64,000 bases of DNA, from positions 296,379 to 360,378 of the forward strand of contig CAVYDL010000006.1 of NCBI GenBank assembly GCA_963767275.1, in the 5' to 3' direction. The notes below the pieces were generated by a model, which was not told the DNA's origin, did not search any database, and was given only the letters and a program-made list of their open reading frames with translations. Shown here piece by piece: positions 38,264 through 48,051 of the stretch. This DNA comes from an uncultured delta proteobacterium. GTDB taxonomy: Bacteria > Desulfobacterota > Binatia > UBA9968. Both the position numbers and the translations under genes were made by a program. Numbering within the stretch: position 1 is the stretch's first letter; each line of letters starts with the position of its first letter.

Positions 38264-39037
38264 TCATTCCCACAGGCCTTGCGGCAGAGGTAGACCGGCG
38301 AGATCTTCAGCCGTGAGCCGCCCCTGTGGCTCGATACCGAAGCGCTCGAGTACGGCCATCAGCTGGCGCGTGTGCTGCGCGGAGTGCCAAGTGGAGCGCT
38401 CGAAAAGCTGATGCATCGGCGGCGTGCCATAGAAGGTATTCACCGGTTGCTGGCAAGTTCTGTCCGTGAGTTGGCTCCACCAGCTCTCAAGTCGCGCAAC
38501 AATGCCGTCACCGTAGACGGCAATTTCCTCTGCCGCCGTGCAGGTTCCGTCCGCCGGCGGCGTGTTGGCATTGTTGGTCCGGTATTCGACGCCATCAATG
38601 GCGGTTTCGAGAAATGCTTCGCCGATGCGAAAGATGTGGTGGCTCAAGAGTCGAAGTGAGCGGTCGCGATTATCGATCGCCCGCTCGACTAACCGTTCGC
38701 GGGGGAGTTGACGAGTGTACCGCTGTGCCGCGCGCAGCACCGTTAGCCATTTCGCTATCAACGAGGTTGGGGCGAGCGGCGTATGTCCGCTGCCTTGCAA
38801 GCCGACGAACTCGGCGACATCTTCCAGGTTCTGGCAAAAGATGAATTGATCATCGCTAGCCAAAACCGGTACGGTGCGAACGCCAAGTTTGCCCAAGCGC
38901 GCTAGGGCGGTGGGATCATTCAAGATATCGAGCGCGATGAAGTCGATGCCTTTTTTCGAAAGAAACTCTTTCGTTCGTAGGCAACTGCTTCAACCGGGCT
39001 GGGTGAAAAGGACGAATTTAGCTTCGACGTTTTCCAT
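38264..39037 (-). CDS. Glutaredoxin-like / DinB(YfiT)-like fusion protein with in-frame TGA at the redox motif (candidate selenoprotein; alternatively Cys-to-stop error)
   Basis: ATG at 39037. Reading in frame gives MENVEAKFVLFTQPG-[TGA, minus-strand 38992..38990]-SSCLRTKEFLSKKGIDFIALDILNDPTALARLGKLGVRTVPVLASDDQFIF. This is a Grx/NrdH fold with U/stop at the first Cys of the CxxC motif. It continues into the tool ORF 38264..38923, which carries a DinB-like HxxxHxxQ tail (HSAQHTRQL). The mRNA hairpin CGAAAGA-GUU-UCUUUCG (plus 38957-38973) starts 17 nt after the UGA. Confidence 0.5.
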
Positions 39038-39145
39038 AGGTTATTGTCAAATGAACCGCTCAGTCGATGGCACAGCTATCAACGGTAGGCACAACTGTCA
39101 ACCTTAATAAGGGGCCGGCAGAGGGATCTAGGATGAATGCTTGAG

Positions 39146-40105
39146 TCACCGGCTCTTCTGTTGAAACAACCCTTCCTTCTCCAACTCTTGCACCAAGGAT
39201 CCGTCGACAAACTGGCTGGGGTTGGCGGCGGCGGCTTCCTTGCCCAGCGCTTTCAACAATTGCCGGACGCCTTCCAAATCCACCGTGATGGTTTTCTGCA
39301 AATGTTTCTGGCCGTAGATACGGTAGGACTCGGCAAGGATTTCGGGCTCGGTGACGCGGGTGTATTTGGCAAGGATTTTCATGGCGCCGTCGCGGTCGTT
39401 GTGGGTTTCTTGGACGGCTTGATAGTAAGCGCGCAGCACTTTGAGCACGGTGTCGCGATTGGTCTTGATGAAGGCCCGCCGGGTGCTGAGCGGTGAATTG
39501 AGATAAGGCACGCCTAGGTCGGCGGAGTCGATGAGCTCGCGCAGGCCCAACTTCATGCCGCGCAGGTTGCTGGGCGCCGAGATCATGGCGCCGTCGACGA
39601 AACCTTTGCTGACGGCGAGGATCATGTCGGGCATGCCGCCGCGAATCGCCATAACGGTGACATCCCGGCCGCGCTGCAAGCCGAACCTATCCAATATCAT
39701 GCTCAGCACTAAATCCGGCGAATCGCCCAGGCTGGTTACGCCAATTTTTTTACCGCGCAGATCTTCCGGACGCCGTAGGTCGGCGCGGGTCATCAAGGAA
39801 AACACCGGCACGTTAATCGTATTGGCGATGACTGCGAGATCCGCGCCGCGCAGCGTGGCGCCGACCACGGTCGGCGGCGAGGCGCGGGTGAATTGCACTT
39901 CATTGGCAATTAAAGCTTCGATGGCAATGCCGCGGATGTAGGTTATTTCAATGTCGACGCCCTGTTTGTCGAAAAGCTTTTTGTCTTTGGCGACAAATAG
40001 CGGCAGCATGGCGGCGCTGATGGAGCTGTAGGCGATGCGAATGGGCGCGGCGTGACTGGATTGTAATCGGATGAGCAAGATTACGCACGTGAGTAGAAAT
40101 GTCAT
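39146..40105 (-). CDS. NMT1/THI5-like ABC transporter substrate-binding protein (orphan), paralogue 2
   Basis: ORF 39146..40204. Signal-peptide-like start at ATG 40105 (MTFLLTCVILLIRLQSSHAAP). The upstream 33 codons are encoded by an inverted-repeat element. The C-terminal tail LVQELEKEGLFQQ is shared with the other two paralogues. Confidence 0.65.
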   Translation of the reverse strand: MTFLLTCVILLIRLQSSHAAPIRIAYSSISAAMLPLFVAKDKKLFDKQGVDIEITYIRGIAIEALIANEVQFTRASPPTVVGATLRGADLAVIANTINVPVFSLMTRADLRRPEDLRGKKIGVTSLGDSPDLVLSMILDRFGLQRGRDVTVMAIRGGMPDMILAVSKGFVDGAMISAPSNLRGMKLGLRELIDSADLGVPYLNSPLSTRRAFIKTNRDTVLKVLRAYYQAVQETHNDRDGAMKILAKYTRVTEPEILAESYRIYGQKHLQKTITVDLEGVRQLLKALGKEAAAANPSQFVDGSLVQELEKEGLFQQKSR

Positions 40106-40183
40106 TCCGAGGCGGAGCCGAGGAATCTCATCTTTTTTGTATGCGGCAGACGGGACGAGATCCCTCGCTTCACTCGGGATGAC
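40101..40183. repeat. 83-bp imperfect inverted repeat (GTCATTCCGAGGCGGAGCCGAGGAATCTC ... GAGATCCCTCGCTTCACTCGGGATGAC)
   Basis: Arms of 27-29 bp at 40101-40129 and 40157-40183 with about 80% complementarity and a T-rich 27-nt spacer. It overlaps the predicted 5' end of the SBP gene. Confidence 0.45.
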
Positions 40184-40208
40184 GGAAGCGGAAGATCGGC
40201 GCATAGGC

Positions 40209-40958
40209 CTAAGCCGCTGCCGCGGCGTTATTGGTCAGCTTCATGGCGCGGACGACGTACTCCATGTAAATGCAGTCGGCCATCACCCAGCGCATGCTGT
40301 TTTTCATCAGCTGGGCGTTGATGCAGGCTTCTTGGAGTTCTTTAGTGTCGGCGTATTTTTTTAGAATTTCCTTGCGGAGCAGGCCATGTTCCTGATCGAC
40401 TTCGGCGTGGAGCTTGTAAAACGTCAGGGCGTCGTCGGGCACCCATTGGTAGTGTTTGCGGAAAACATCCAAGTCCCGCGCCATCGCCTTGGCGGTATCG
40501 TCGCCTTCGGATACCGCGACGCCCAGGAGCCATGAGGTTTTGAAGGCGGCGTTGGCGAAGCTGTCGACGGCGAACTTGACGCCATAGAGCGGCTCGGAGT
40601 TTTTCACGTACTCCCGCTCCATGCCCATGCCGACGCAGACATCGAGCCAATACTCCGGATGAGGTTTGCCGGATTTGCCGATCAGATCTTCGCCTTCTTC
40701 TTCGATCGCTTTCGGCAGCCACAGGCGGCGCACATCGGTGTGCGGGCAGTTATACAGGATCGAATATTCCTTCACCGGCACTTGCTTGGTGAAATAATAG
40801 CGTTCCTTGCCCCAACCCTGGAGTTGCTCCTTGGTGCATTTGCCGTTGCGAAATATTTCTTCCCAAGGGTGGGCCGGCCGTTGGTGGTCTTGCCGGTTGA
40901 CTTCGAAGAAGGTCGTGATGAAGGCGTCAGGACTCAATTTATGATCGAGCGTGAACAT
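40209..40958 (-). CDS. PqqC-like / TenA-PqqC-family protein
   Basis: 249 aa. It follows the PqqC pattern throughout (NGKCTKEQLQGWGKERYYFTKQVPVKE...NCPHTDVRRLW, GVKFAVDSFANAAF). No other pqq genes are nearby. Confidence 0.7.
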   Translation of the reverse strand: MFTLDHKLSPDAFITTFFEVNRQDHQRPAHPWEEIFRNGKCTKEQLQGWGKERYYFTKQVPVKEYSILYNCPHTDVRRLWLPKAIEEEGEDLIGKSGKPHPEYWLDVCVGMGMEREYVKNSEPLYGVKFAVDSFANAAFKTSWLLGVAVSEGDDTAKAMARDLDVFRKHYQWVPDDALTFYKLHAEVDQEHGLLRKEILKKYADTKELQEACINAQLMKNSMRWVMADCIYMEYVVRAMKLTNNAAAAA

Positions 40959-41028
40959 GAACGGGCTCCTTTAGAAATTTTTTCTCCCGGGCGCTGGGCG
41001 CGGGTGCGTTACATTTCGCTGCGCGAGA

Positions 41029-42045
41029 TTATCCGGCCTCGGCTTCTTCGCGGTAATGGCCGATGGCGTCCATCAGCGGCTTGTCATTCATGACGAAGAA
41101 GATCGCCGGATCCTTCGAGGTGTTCTCATGGCGGTGGTTTTGCCAGAGCGGCACGACGAAGGAATCGCCTTGCTCCCATTCGAAGCGCTTGTCGCCGACA
41201 TAACTGACGCCGCTGCCACGCCAGACATGATAGATATCCGAACTGGTATGGCGATGGCCTTTGGTTTTTTCGCCGGCGCGGAGCATATGAATCTGGCAGT
41301 TCATAGTCGGCAGGGTCGGACCGCCGTTCAAGGGATTGGCATAGTCGAGGACGATGCCATTGAACGGGTCGCCGGGCTGCTCGCCGACTTTATTCAAGGC
41401 GCTTTCGGTGTCGGCCCATTTGTAGCAAAAGGCCGGCGGTTGAATAGCATTCGGTTTGACCCACGCCGGGCGTAGCGGGCCGGTGGTGGCGAGCGTGTAG
41501 CCGTCGGGCCGGGTCACGGTTTGTTTCTTGCGCGGATCGGGTTCATGAAAGTCGGTTTCGAGTAATCGCACCAACGGCGCGTCGAGACCGTCGAGCCACA
41601 TCATGTTTTCGCCGCGATTTTCATGATCGTGCCAAGTCCAGCTCGGCGTGGTGACGAAATCGCCTTCGCCGATCTCGAAGGATTCGCCCTCGACGATCAA
41701 CCGGGTGCCATGGCCTTTCAAAATAAATCGGATCGCGCCTGCGATATGGCGGTGCGAGCCCGCGTTCTCACCGGGCTTGAGCAACTGCAGATTCAACACC
41801 AGGGTGCGCGATGTGCCGTTTTTCAGAGCTGGGTTCCACAGTTGGATGACGCGGCGGAATGATACATCGAGGCCGACGACATCGCCGGCTTTTTCCATGG
41901 CGGCGAAGAGATCCTTGCCTTTCCAGTGGCAGGCGTCGAAAGACGCCACCGGCTGGCGTGCGGCATCGCCCTGAATGTTTTGCCAGTAGCCTTTGAAGTT
42001 TTTACTTTCCAGCTCTTTCTCGAATTGTTTCAGTACTTCCGACAT
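41029..42045 (-). CDS. Bicupin ring-cleavage dioxygenase (gentisate 1,2-dioxygenase-like)
   Basis: 338 aa with two cupin modules carrying metal-His motifs (GSHRHIAGAIRFILKGHG, GHRHTSSDIYHV). Confidence 0.75.
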   Translation of the reverse strand: MSEVLKQFEKELESKNFKGYWQNIQGDAARQPVASFDACHWKGKDLFAAMEKAGDVVGLDVSFRRVIQLWNPALKNGTSRTLVLNLQLLKPGENAGSHRHIAGAIRFILKGHGTRLIVEGESFEIGEGDFVTTPSWTWHDHENRGENMMWLDGLDAPLVRLLETDFHEPDPRKKQTVTRPDGYTLATTGPLRPAWVKPNAIQPPAFCYKWADTESALNKVGEQPGDPFNGIVLDYANPLNGGPTLPTMNCQIHMLRAGEKTKGHRHTSSDIYHVWRGSGVSYVGDKRFEWEQGDSFVVPLWQNHRHENTSKDPAIFFVMNDKPLMDAIGHYREEAEAG

Positions 42046-42160
42046 AGCGTCACCTCCAGCTAAATCTGGTCTTATCTAGCGCGATTCGAGCGAGGGTTGC
42101 AAGACGATGACGGCAATGGTTCCCGCGCCTTTATGCACTCTGAAGTGAAAAAAACCGCGT

Positions 42161-43564
42161 TTATTCGAGCACCTTGGCGGTGATCATGTTGGTGGTGCCG
42201 GACTGGTGCAGGGGTAAACCTGCGGTGATGGCGACCAGATCACCGCGTTTGACGATGCCGGAAGCGAGCGCTTTTTCTTGCAGCACGCGGACCATTTCAT
42301 CGGTGTTCTTAAAACCCCGGGCCGGCTGTGGATAGACTCCCCAGACCAGGCAGAGCATTTTGACGGTTTGGCGATCGGGGCTCACGGCAATGATCGGTTG
42401 CGCCGGCCGGTAGCGCGCGATCAGGCGCGCCGTGCTGCCGGAGGTCGTCGGAATCAGAAACGCTTTGACTTCCAGATCACGGGCCAATGAGATCGCGCTG
42501 ACACTAATCGCTTCGGGAATGGTCTTGGGCAGGCCGGTGAATCGTTGGCGCGGTTCGAGAATGGTTTCGGTTTCCTCGGCGACTTGGGCCATGATCCGCA
42601 CCGCTTCCAACGGATAATCGCCGGCAGCGGTTTCTTCGGACAGCATGAGCGCGTCGGTGCCGTCGAGAATCGCATTGGCAATGTCGGCGACCTCCGCTCG
42701 CGTCGGCCGCGGATTCCACACCATCGAGCGCAGCATCTGGGTCGCGGTGATGACCGGCTTGCCCAAATGATTGGCTTCGCGAATCATATGTTTTTGCACC
42801 TTCGGTATGCGCTGCTGGGCAATCTCCAGTCCCAAGTCGCCGCGTGCCACCATGATGCCGTCGACGCTTTGCAAAATGCTGTCGAGGTTGTCCAAGGCTT
42901 CGTGTTTTTCGATCTTGGCGATCAGCGGGATATTGGCGCCGAGCTTATGCATCTCGCGGCGGGCGTAGAGAATATCCTGACTGTTGCGCACGAAGGACAA
43001 TGCCACCAGGTCGACCTTGTTGGCGATGCCAAACGCCAGGTCTTTTTTGTCTTCGGCGGTCAGGGCGCGAATGTTGAGCGAGCTACGCGGAAAGTGAATG
43101 CCCTTGTGCGAACCCAAGATGCCGCCGACGATGATGCGGCATTGGATCTCGTTCTTGCCGACTTGCAGCGCTTCGAGCTCGATCTCGCCGTCGCCGAGCA
43201 GAATCGGATCGCCTTTTTTCACTGCATGAGCCAGACCCGGAAAATCCACCGGCACGGCATGCTCATTGCCAAGAATTTTGCGGGTCGTCAGGACCAGGCG
43301 GCCGCGGGTTTGCAAACGCACACGGTCGCCGGCTATGGCGCCGATGCGAATCTTCGGCCCCGGCAGATCTTGCAGGATCGCCACCGGCGTAGCGAGTTTA
43401 CGTTCGAGCTTGCGGATCGTCCGAATCACCCGGCGATGCGAGGTATAGTCGCCATGGCTGAAGTTTAGCCGGGCGACGTTCATGCCGGCGCGGATCAAAC
43501 CTTCGATCATTTTCTCGGCTGAGCTGGCAGGGCCAATGGTGCAAACAATTTTTGTGCGGCGCAT
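42161..43564 (-). CDS. pyk: Pyruvate kinase
   Basis: MRRTKIVCTIGPAS start. PK blocks are present (NFSHG, MVARGDLG), with the C-terminal allosteric domain. Confidence 0.85.
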   Translation of the reverse strand: MRRTKIVCTIGPASSAEKMIEGLIRAGMNVARLNFSHGDYTSHRRVIRTIRKLERKLATPVAILQDLPGPKIRIGAIAGDRVRLQTRGRLVLTTRKILGNEHAVPVDFPGLAHAVKKGDPILLGDGEIELEALQVGKNEIQCRIIVGGILGSHKGIHFPRSSLNIRALTAEDKKDLAFGIANKVDLVALSFVRNSQDILYARREMHKLGANIPLIAKIEKHEALDNLDSILQSVDGIMVARGDLGLEIAQQRIPKVQKHMIREANHLGKPVITATQMLRSMVWNPRPTRAEVADIANAILDGTDALMLSEETAAGDYPLEAVRIMAQVAEETETILEPRQRFTGLPKTIPEAISVSAISLARDLEVKAFLIPTTSGSTARLIARYRPAQPIIAVSPDRQTVKMLCLVWGVYPQPARGFKNTDEMVRVLQEKALASGIVKRGDLVAITAGLPLHQSGTTNMITAKVLE

Positions 43565-43686
43565 TCCGAACAATTTACACGAGACCGTGGGGGAATCAAC
43601 GCGAGTAAGAGTAAGAAGGGGTCTAATGCGCGAGCGTTGGAACTACCGATCCGATTGCTCCATCACTCCAGTGTTCGAATATCGCT

Positions 43687-44595
43687 TCACAATCCCGAGC
43701 CGGTTCGCTTGAGCCTCGGATCGAGGATGTCACGCAGGGCGTCACCCAGGAGATTGATGCCCAACACCGTGATGAAGATACAGAGGCCGGGAAACAGCGG
43801 CAGCCACCAAGCCGTGCTGATATAAATGCGCGCGTCGGCGAGCATGGTGCCCCAGGTTGGGATATGCGGCGGCACGCCGACGCCGAGAAAGCTCAGGCTT
43901 GCTTCGGCGATGATCGACGACGCCATCGCGAAGGTGCCGATGACGAGAGAAGTTTGAATCAGGTTGGGAATGATATGGCGGAGGATGATTTGACAGTGAC
44001 CCGAGCCCAAGGATTGCGCCGCGGTGACAAAGTCGCGCGAGCGCAGCGATAAGGCCTGGCCGCGCACCACCCGGCAGTAGGGAATCCAACGCTGCGCCAC
44101 CAGCGCCAGGATTAAATTAAACAATCCCTGGCCGAGGAAGGCCATGATCGTGATGCCGAGCAACAGTGGCGGAAAGGCCCAGATGACTTCGACTAATTTT
44201 TGAATCAGAAAGTCGATCTTGCCGCCGAAATAGCCTGACACCGCCCCCAGCGTGATGCCGATAAACCCCGAGACAAACACCACGGCAAAGGCGACCAACA
44301 GCGACACCCGCGAGCCGTGAACCACCCGACTAAAAATATCGCGGCCGAGATTGTCGGTGCCTAAGACATGCTTGGCGCCGAGACCGGCGGGCGGCTTCAT
44401 CATGGTGGCCAGTTCCTGTTTGTTGGGATCATGGGGCGCGATGTATGGCCCGAAGATGCCGACCAGGATGAACGTCAAGACGATCACTCCGCCGGTAAAT
44501 GCTTTGGCATGAAGCCGCGGCAATAGCAGAGCCAGAGCGCCGGCGCTCTTGTCAGTAACGGATTCGTGGGTCAACGACTGCATAAAGCCCATCAA
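43687..44595 (-). CDS. ABC transporter permease (DppC/OppC-like)
   Basis: 302 aa with 6 TM helices and an N-terminal DppC-like region. Overlaps the upstream permease gene by about 40 nt. Confidence 0.75.
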   Translation of the reverse strand: MMGFMQSLTHESVTDKSAGALALLLPRLHAKAFTGGVIVLTFILVGIFGPYIAPHDPNKQELATMMKPPAGLGAKHVLGTDNLGRDIFSRVVHGSRVSLLVAFAVVFVSGFIGITLGAVSGYFGGKIDFLIQKLVEVIWAFPPLLLGITIMAFLGQGLFNLILALVAQRWIPYCRVVRGQALSLRSRDFVTAAQSLGSGHCQIILRHIIPNLIQTSLVIGTFAMASSIIAEASLSFLGVGVPPHIPTWGTMLADARIYISTAWWLPLFPGLCIFITVLGINLLGDALRDILDPRLKRTGSGL

Positions 44596-45553
44596 TAATT
44601 AAATTGATCGCGACGAACGCCGTGGTGTAGGTCAGCACCAGACCGGTGACCAGCGGATAGTCGCGGGCATTGAGCGCGGTGATCAGCAAACTGCCGCCGC
44701 CAGGCCAGGCGAACACGGTTTCCACGATGATCGAGCCGCTGAGCAAGGTGCCGAGCTCTAAGCCGACCACGGTAATGACCGGGATCAAGGCGTTGCTGCT
44801 GACATGACGCCAGACGACGTTTTTTTCGCGCAACCCTTTGGCGCGCGCCGTGCGCACGTAGTCCTCGTTCATCACCTCCAAGATCGACGATCGGGTGACG
44901 CGCATGAGGATGCCGAGCATGTTCATGCCGAGGGCGAGTGCGGGCAGAAATAAATGCGTCAATGCATCCCAAACCGCTTGCCAGTTTTTCTCCATGATGC
45001 TGTCGAGAATATAAAAACCGGTCCGCTCCGGTCCGGCGATGCCGTAGGTGCTGCGGCCGGAGGTGGGTAAAATATTCAACACGCCGGCGAGTAACAGGAT
45101 CAACATGATCGCCAGCCAAAAGCTCGGCATGCTGATACCGAAAAGGCCGCATGTGGTGCCCAAATTGTCGATCCACGAGTTCGGCCTGGCGCCGGCCCAA
45201 ACTCCCAGCGGGATGGCCAACAGCGTGGCGATGAAAATGGCGCAGAGCGCCAGCTCGATGGTGGCGGGCAAGCGCGATAGAATGACGCTTGTGACCGGCT
45301 CGGCATACTTGAATGATTTGCCGAAATCGCCGGCGGCCACGGATTTTAAAAATTTCCAATACTGCACGTAAAGCGGTTGATCGAGTCCCCAGCGCGCTTT
45401 CGACTTGGCGATTTCAGCGGCGTTGGTTTCTTCGCCGAGGAGCATGAGCGTCGGATCGCCGGGCGCGGCGTGGATCAACAGGAACACCAATAGGCTGATC
45501 AGCACCAGCACCGGGATCGTGCCGGCCAGGCGGCGCAGGAGATAGCTAAGCAT
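44552..45553 (-). CDS. ABC transporter permease (DppB/OppB-like)
   Basis: ORF 44552..45721. The ATG at 45553 (MLSYLLRRLAGTIPVLV...) is a typical DppB start with GGAG upstream. EAA-loop block present. Confidence 0.75.
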   Translation of the reverse strand: MLSYLLRRLAGTIPVLVLISLLVFLLIHAAPGDPTLMLLGEETNAAEIAKSKARWGLDQPLYVQYWKFLKSVAAGDFGKSFKYAEPVTSVILSRLPATIELALCAIFIATLLAIPLGVWAGARPNSWIDNLGTTCGLFGISMPSFWLAIMLILLLAGVLNILPTSGRSTYGIAGPERTGFYILDSIMEKNWQAVWDALTHLFLPALALGMNMLGILMRVTRSSILEVMNEDYVRTARAKGLREKNVVWRHVSSNALIPVITVVGLELGTLLSGSIIVETVFAWPGGGSLLITALNARDYPLVTGLVLTYTTAFVAINLIIDGLYAVVDPRIRY

Positions 45554-45599
45554 GTGGTGCCAGACGCTCCGTGCAATGCGCGCTATCTGCGGTGCCTCG

Positions 45600-46493
45600 C
45601 TAGACGACGCGCTGGATGAAGCTGCGCAGCATCTCGTTAAACTCCGCGGGATGCTCGCGGTAGGAAAAATGGCCGGCGCGGTTGTAAATATACATGCGCG
45701 AGTCCGGCGTGCTGCGGGCAATCAAGTCGAACAGGGCATAGCCTTGATCGATGGTCGCAGTCGGGTCTTGATAGGACCAGGCGAGCAACGTCGGCTTGCC
45801 CAACCCGCGGTCACGAATAATTCCCAACGTCTCGTCTTTTTGCCGCGCCAAGTGGGGCAGAAACCGGGTTGTGCGCAGGCCGACATCTTCCATCTTGCGT
45901 ACCGCCTCTTGATATTTCGCGGTCGCCGCCACACGCATCATCACGTCCAACCATTCCTCGGTAATATGCTCGTGGCCGTAGGAGTATTTCTCCAAGATCC
46001 AGCGCTGGCTTTTGCGGCTCAAGCGCGGCTCGGGCGGATTGGCCATCACGGTTTCGTTTTTACTGATACCCGGAGCCAGCGTGTTGGTGTCGACGAGAAT
46101 ACAAGTGGTGAACAGCTCGGGATGCTCAATCACCAAGCGCCCCACCAGATAGGCGCCGCGCGAATGACCGACGGGGTGGGCATTGCGCACCCCGAGGGTT
46201 TGCAAAAAATGATAGGCGTGCTGCACGACCGAAGCCATCGTATAGTCTTCGTCCTTTTGTGGATTGTCTGTGAAGCCCTGGCCGATCTTGTCGACGGCGA
46301 TGACGTGGAACCATTGCGCCAGCTCATCGAAATTGAGGCTCCAATCCTCGGCGCAGTCGGCGGCATCGTGGGAACCGAAGTGGCCGCCGTGAAACAACAC
46401 CAGGTCGGGGCCGCTGCCGGCTTCGAAATAACGGGTGCGGATGCCGCCAACGTCGACAAATTTTTCCTTCTGCATGACTTTACTCCGCGACAA
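45600..46493 (-). CDS. Alpha/beta-hydrolase fold protein (meta-cleavage-product hydrolase-like)
   Basis: 297 aa. Nucleophile elbow GHSRGA. HGG oxyanion-hole region (VLFHGGHFGS). Lies between the SBP and permease genes. Confidence 0.75.
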   Translation of the reverse strand: MSRSKVMQKEKFVDVGGIRTRYFEAGSGPDLVLFHGGHFGSHDAADCAEDWSLNFDELAQWFHVIAVDKIGQGFTDNPQKDEDYTMASVVQHAYHFLQTLGVRNAHPVGHSRGAYLVGRLVIEHPELFTTCILVDTNTLAPGISKNETVMANPPEPRLSRKSQRWILEKYSYGHEHITEEWLDVMMRVAATAKYQEAVRKMEDVGLRTTRFLPHLARQKDETLGIIRDRGLGKPTLLAWSYQDPTATIDQGYALFDLIARSTPDSRMYIYNRAGHFSYREHPAEFNEMLRSFIQRVV

Positions 46494-46521
46494 ATTACGC
46501 CGTATTGCGGTTCGGCCTGAT

Positions 46522-48051
46522 CTATTTTTTTACCGCTATCTCGATGGCATAGACGCGTGAGTCCGGCAGCGGCTTATAATCGACGCGGCTGTGCATGCCC
46601 CATAGCAATTTATGCCGCCACATGAAGCAGGCCGGCGCGTCCTCGGTGATCAGGCTCATCGCTTGGGACAAGTATTGGCGGCGTTTTTTCGGATCGAATT
46701 CCTGTTGTTCCTTGTCGAGAAGTTCGTCGACCTTGGGATTGGAATAGCCGATGCGGGGCGTCTCGCCGGTGTGGAAATACTGATGCAGCGCGGCGCTCGG
46801 GTCCTGGACCGAACCGCGGCCCATATAATAGAAAGGCACGGTGCCTTTTTGCACGTTGGCCCAGAGCGTCGCCCACTCCGGAGTCGCCAACTTGGCGCGA
46901 ATGCCGACGGCGTTGAGCATCGGGATCATCGCTTCGGTGAGTTGCTTGTCCAGGGTGTAGCGCCCCACTGGAGTTTGCAGCTCCGCATCGATGCCGTTTG
47001 GAAAACCGGCCTGCGCTAAAAGCTTCTTGGCTTTTTCCGGATCGTAGTTAAGTTTGGGCTTCAGAGTTGGATCGTAACCATACTGTCCCGGCCCGAGCGG
47101 GCCGTCGAGGCGGCTGGCGAAACTCTCCAGTAACGTTGCGATGATCTGGTCGCGGTTGATGGCCTGGCACACCGCCTGGCGGACTTCCTTCTTGTCAAAG
47201 GGAGGTTTGGGTTGCATCGCCAGAAACATGATCTCGACGGAATCCACCGGCGTGATGCGCAGACTCTTATTGGTCTCGACCCGCTGGCGCATATGCGGCG
47301 GCACGAACTGGCCGATCTGAATCTCATCGTTCAACAAAGCGGTGACGCGTTGCTCCGGTTCGCGCATGATCCGATAGATCACTTCGTCCGGCGCGCGGGG
47401 ATTTCGTTTTGCCTCGGGATGATTGGGGTTTTTCGCCATGACCAGACGCTGTCCAGGGATCAATTCTTTCAAGCGATAGGGGCCGGCGCCGATCATGTGC
47501 TCTTTGTCGGCGACATCGCGGCCGTATTTGTCGAACATCGCTTTACTGGTAACGATCAACCGGTCGCAGAGAAACGACAACAGCGGCGCTGTCGGTTTGT
47601 CGGTGGTGATCTTGACGGTGAGCTTGTCGATAACCTCGGCATTGACGATCGACGGCGCGACGGACGCTTTCTGCTTGGACTGCGGGTCCTTGATCACCCG
47701 GTTGACGATGGAATGGACGACGTCGTCGGCGCTCACCGGGGAACCGTCGTTGAATTTGTAGTTCTTGTTCAACGAGAATATCCAGGTGGTGGGATTCTCC
47801 ACTTTCCACTTCTCGGCAAGCCGCCCTTCAAAATCGCCCTTGGCGTAGCTATAAGTGCAAAACGGGCCGGTGATTTCGCTCCAGATGCCGTACATGAGTG
47901 AAACGCTGTCGCCGTAGGGGTTGTGAGTATCGATGGTCTCGGTGACGCCGACGGTGATGCGGGTTTGGGAGCCGGCGAAACTTGAATTGCCCAGGATTGC
48001 GGCAGCTGCCAAAAAAATAATCAACGTGAGTTTTGCGTTCGCTGCGAGCAT
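46522..48051 (-). CDS. ABC transporter substrate-binding protein, family 5 (DppA/OppA-like)
   Basis: 509 aa with a signal peptide (MLAANAKLTLIIFLAAAAILGNSSFA). Size and blocks match SBP family 5. Confidence 0.8.
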   Translation of the reverse strand: MLAANAKLTLIIFLAAAAILGNSSFAGSQTRITVGVTETIDTHNPYGDSVSLMYGIWSEITGPFCTYSYAKGDFEGRLAEKWKVENPTTWIFSLNKNYKFNDGSPVSADDVVHSIVNRVIKDPQSKQKASVAPSIVNAEVIDKLTVKITTDKPTAPLLSFLCDRLIVTSKAMFDKYGRDVADKEHMIGAGPYRLKELIPGQRLVMAKNPNHPEAKRNPRAPDEVIYRIMREPEQRVTALLNDEIQIGQFVPPHMRQRVETNKSLRITPVDSVEIMFLAMQPKPPFDKKEVRQAVCQAINRDQIIATLLESFASRLDGPLGPGQYGYDPTLKPKLNYDPEKAKKLLAQAGFPNGIDAELQTPVGRYTLDKQLTEAMIPMLNAVGIRAKLATPEWATLWANVQKGTVPFYYMGRGSVQDPSAALHQYFHTGETPRIGYSNPKVDELLDKEQQEFDPKKRRQYLSQAMSLITEDAPACFMWRHKLLWGMHSRVDYKPLPDSRVYAIEIAVKK

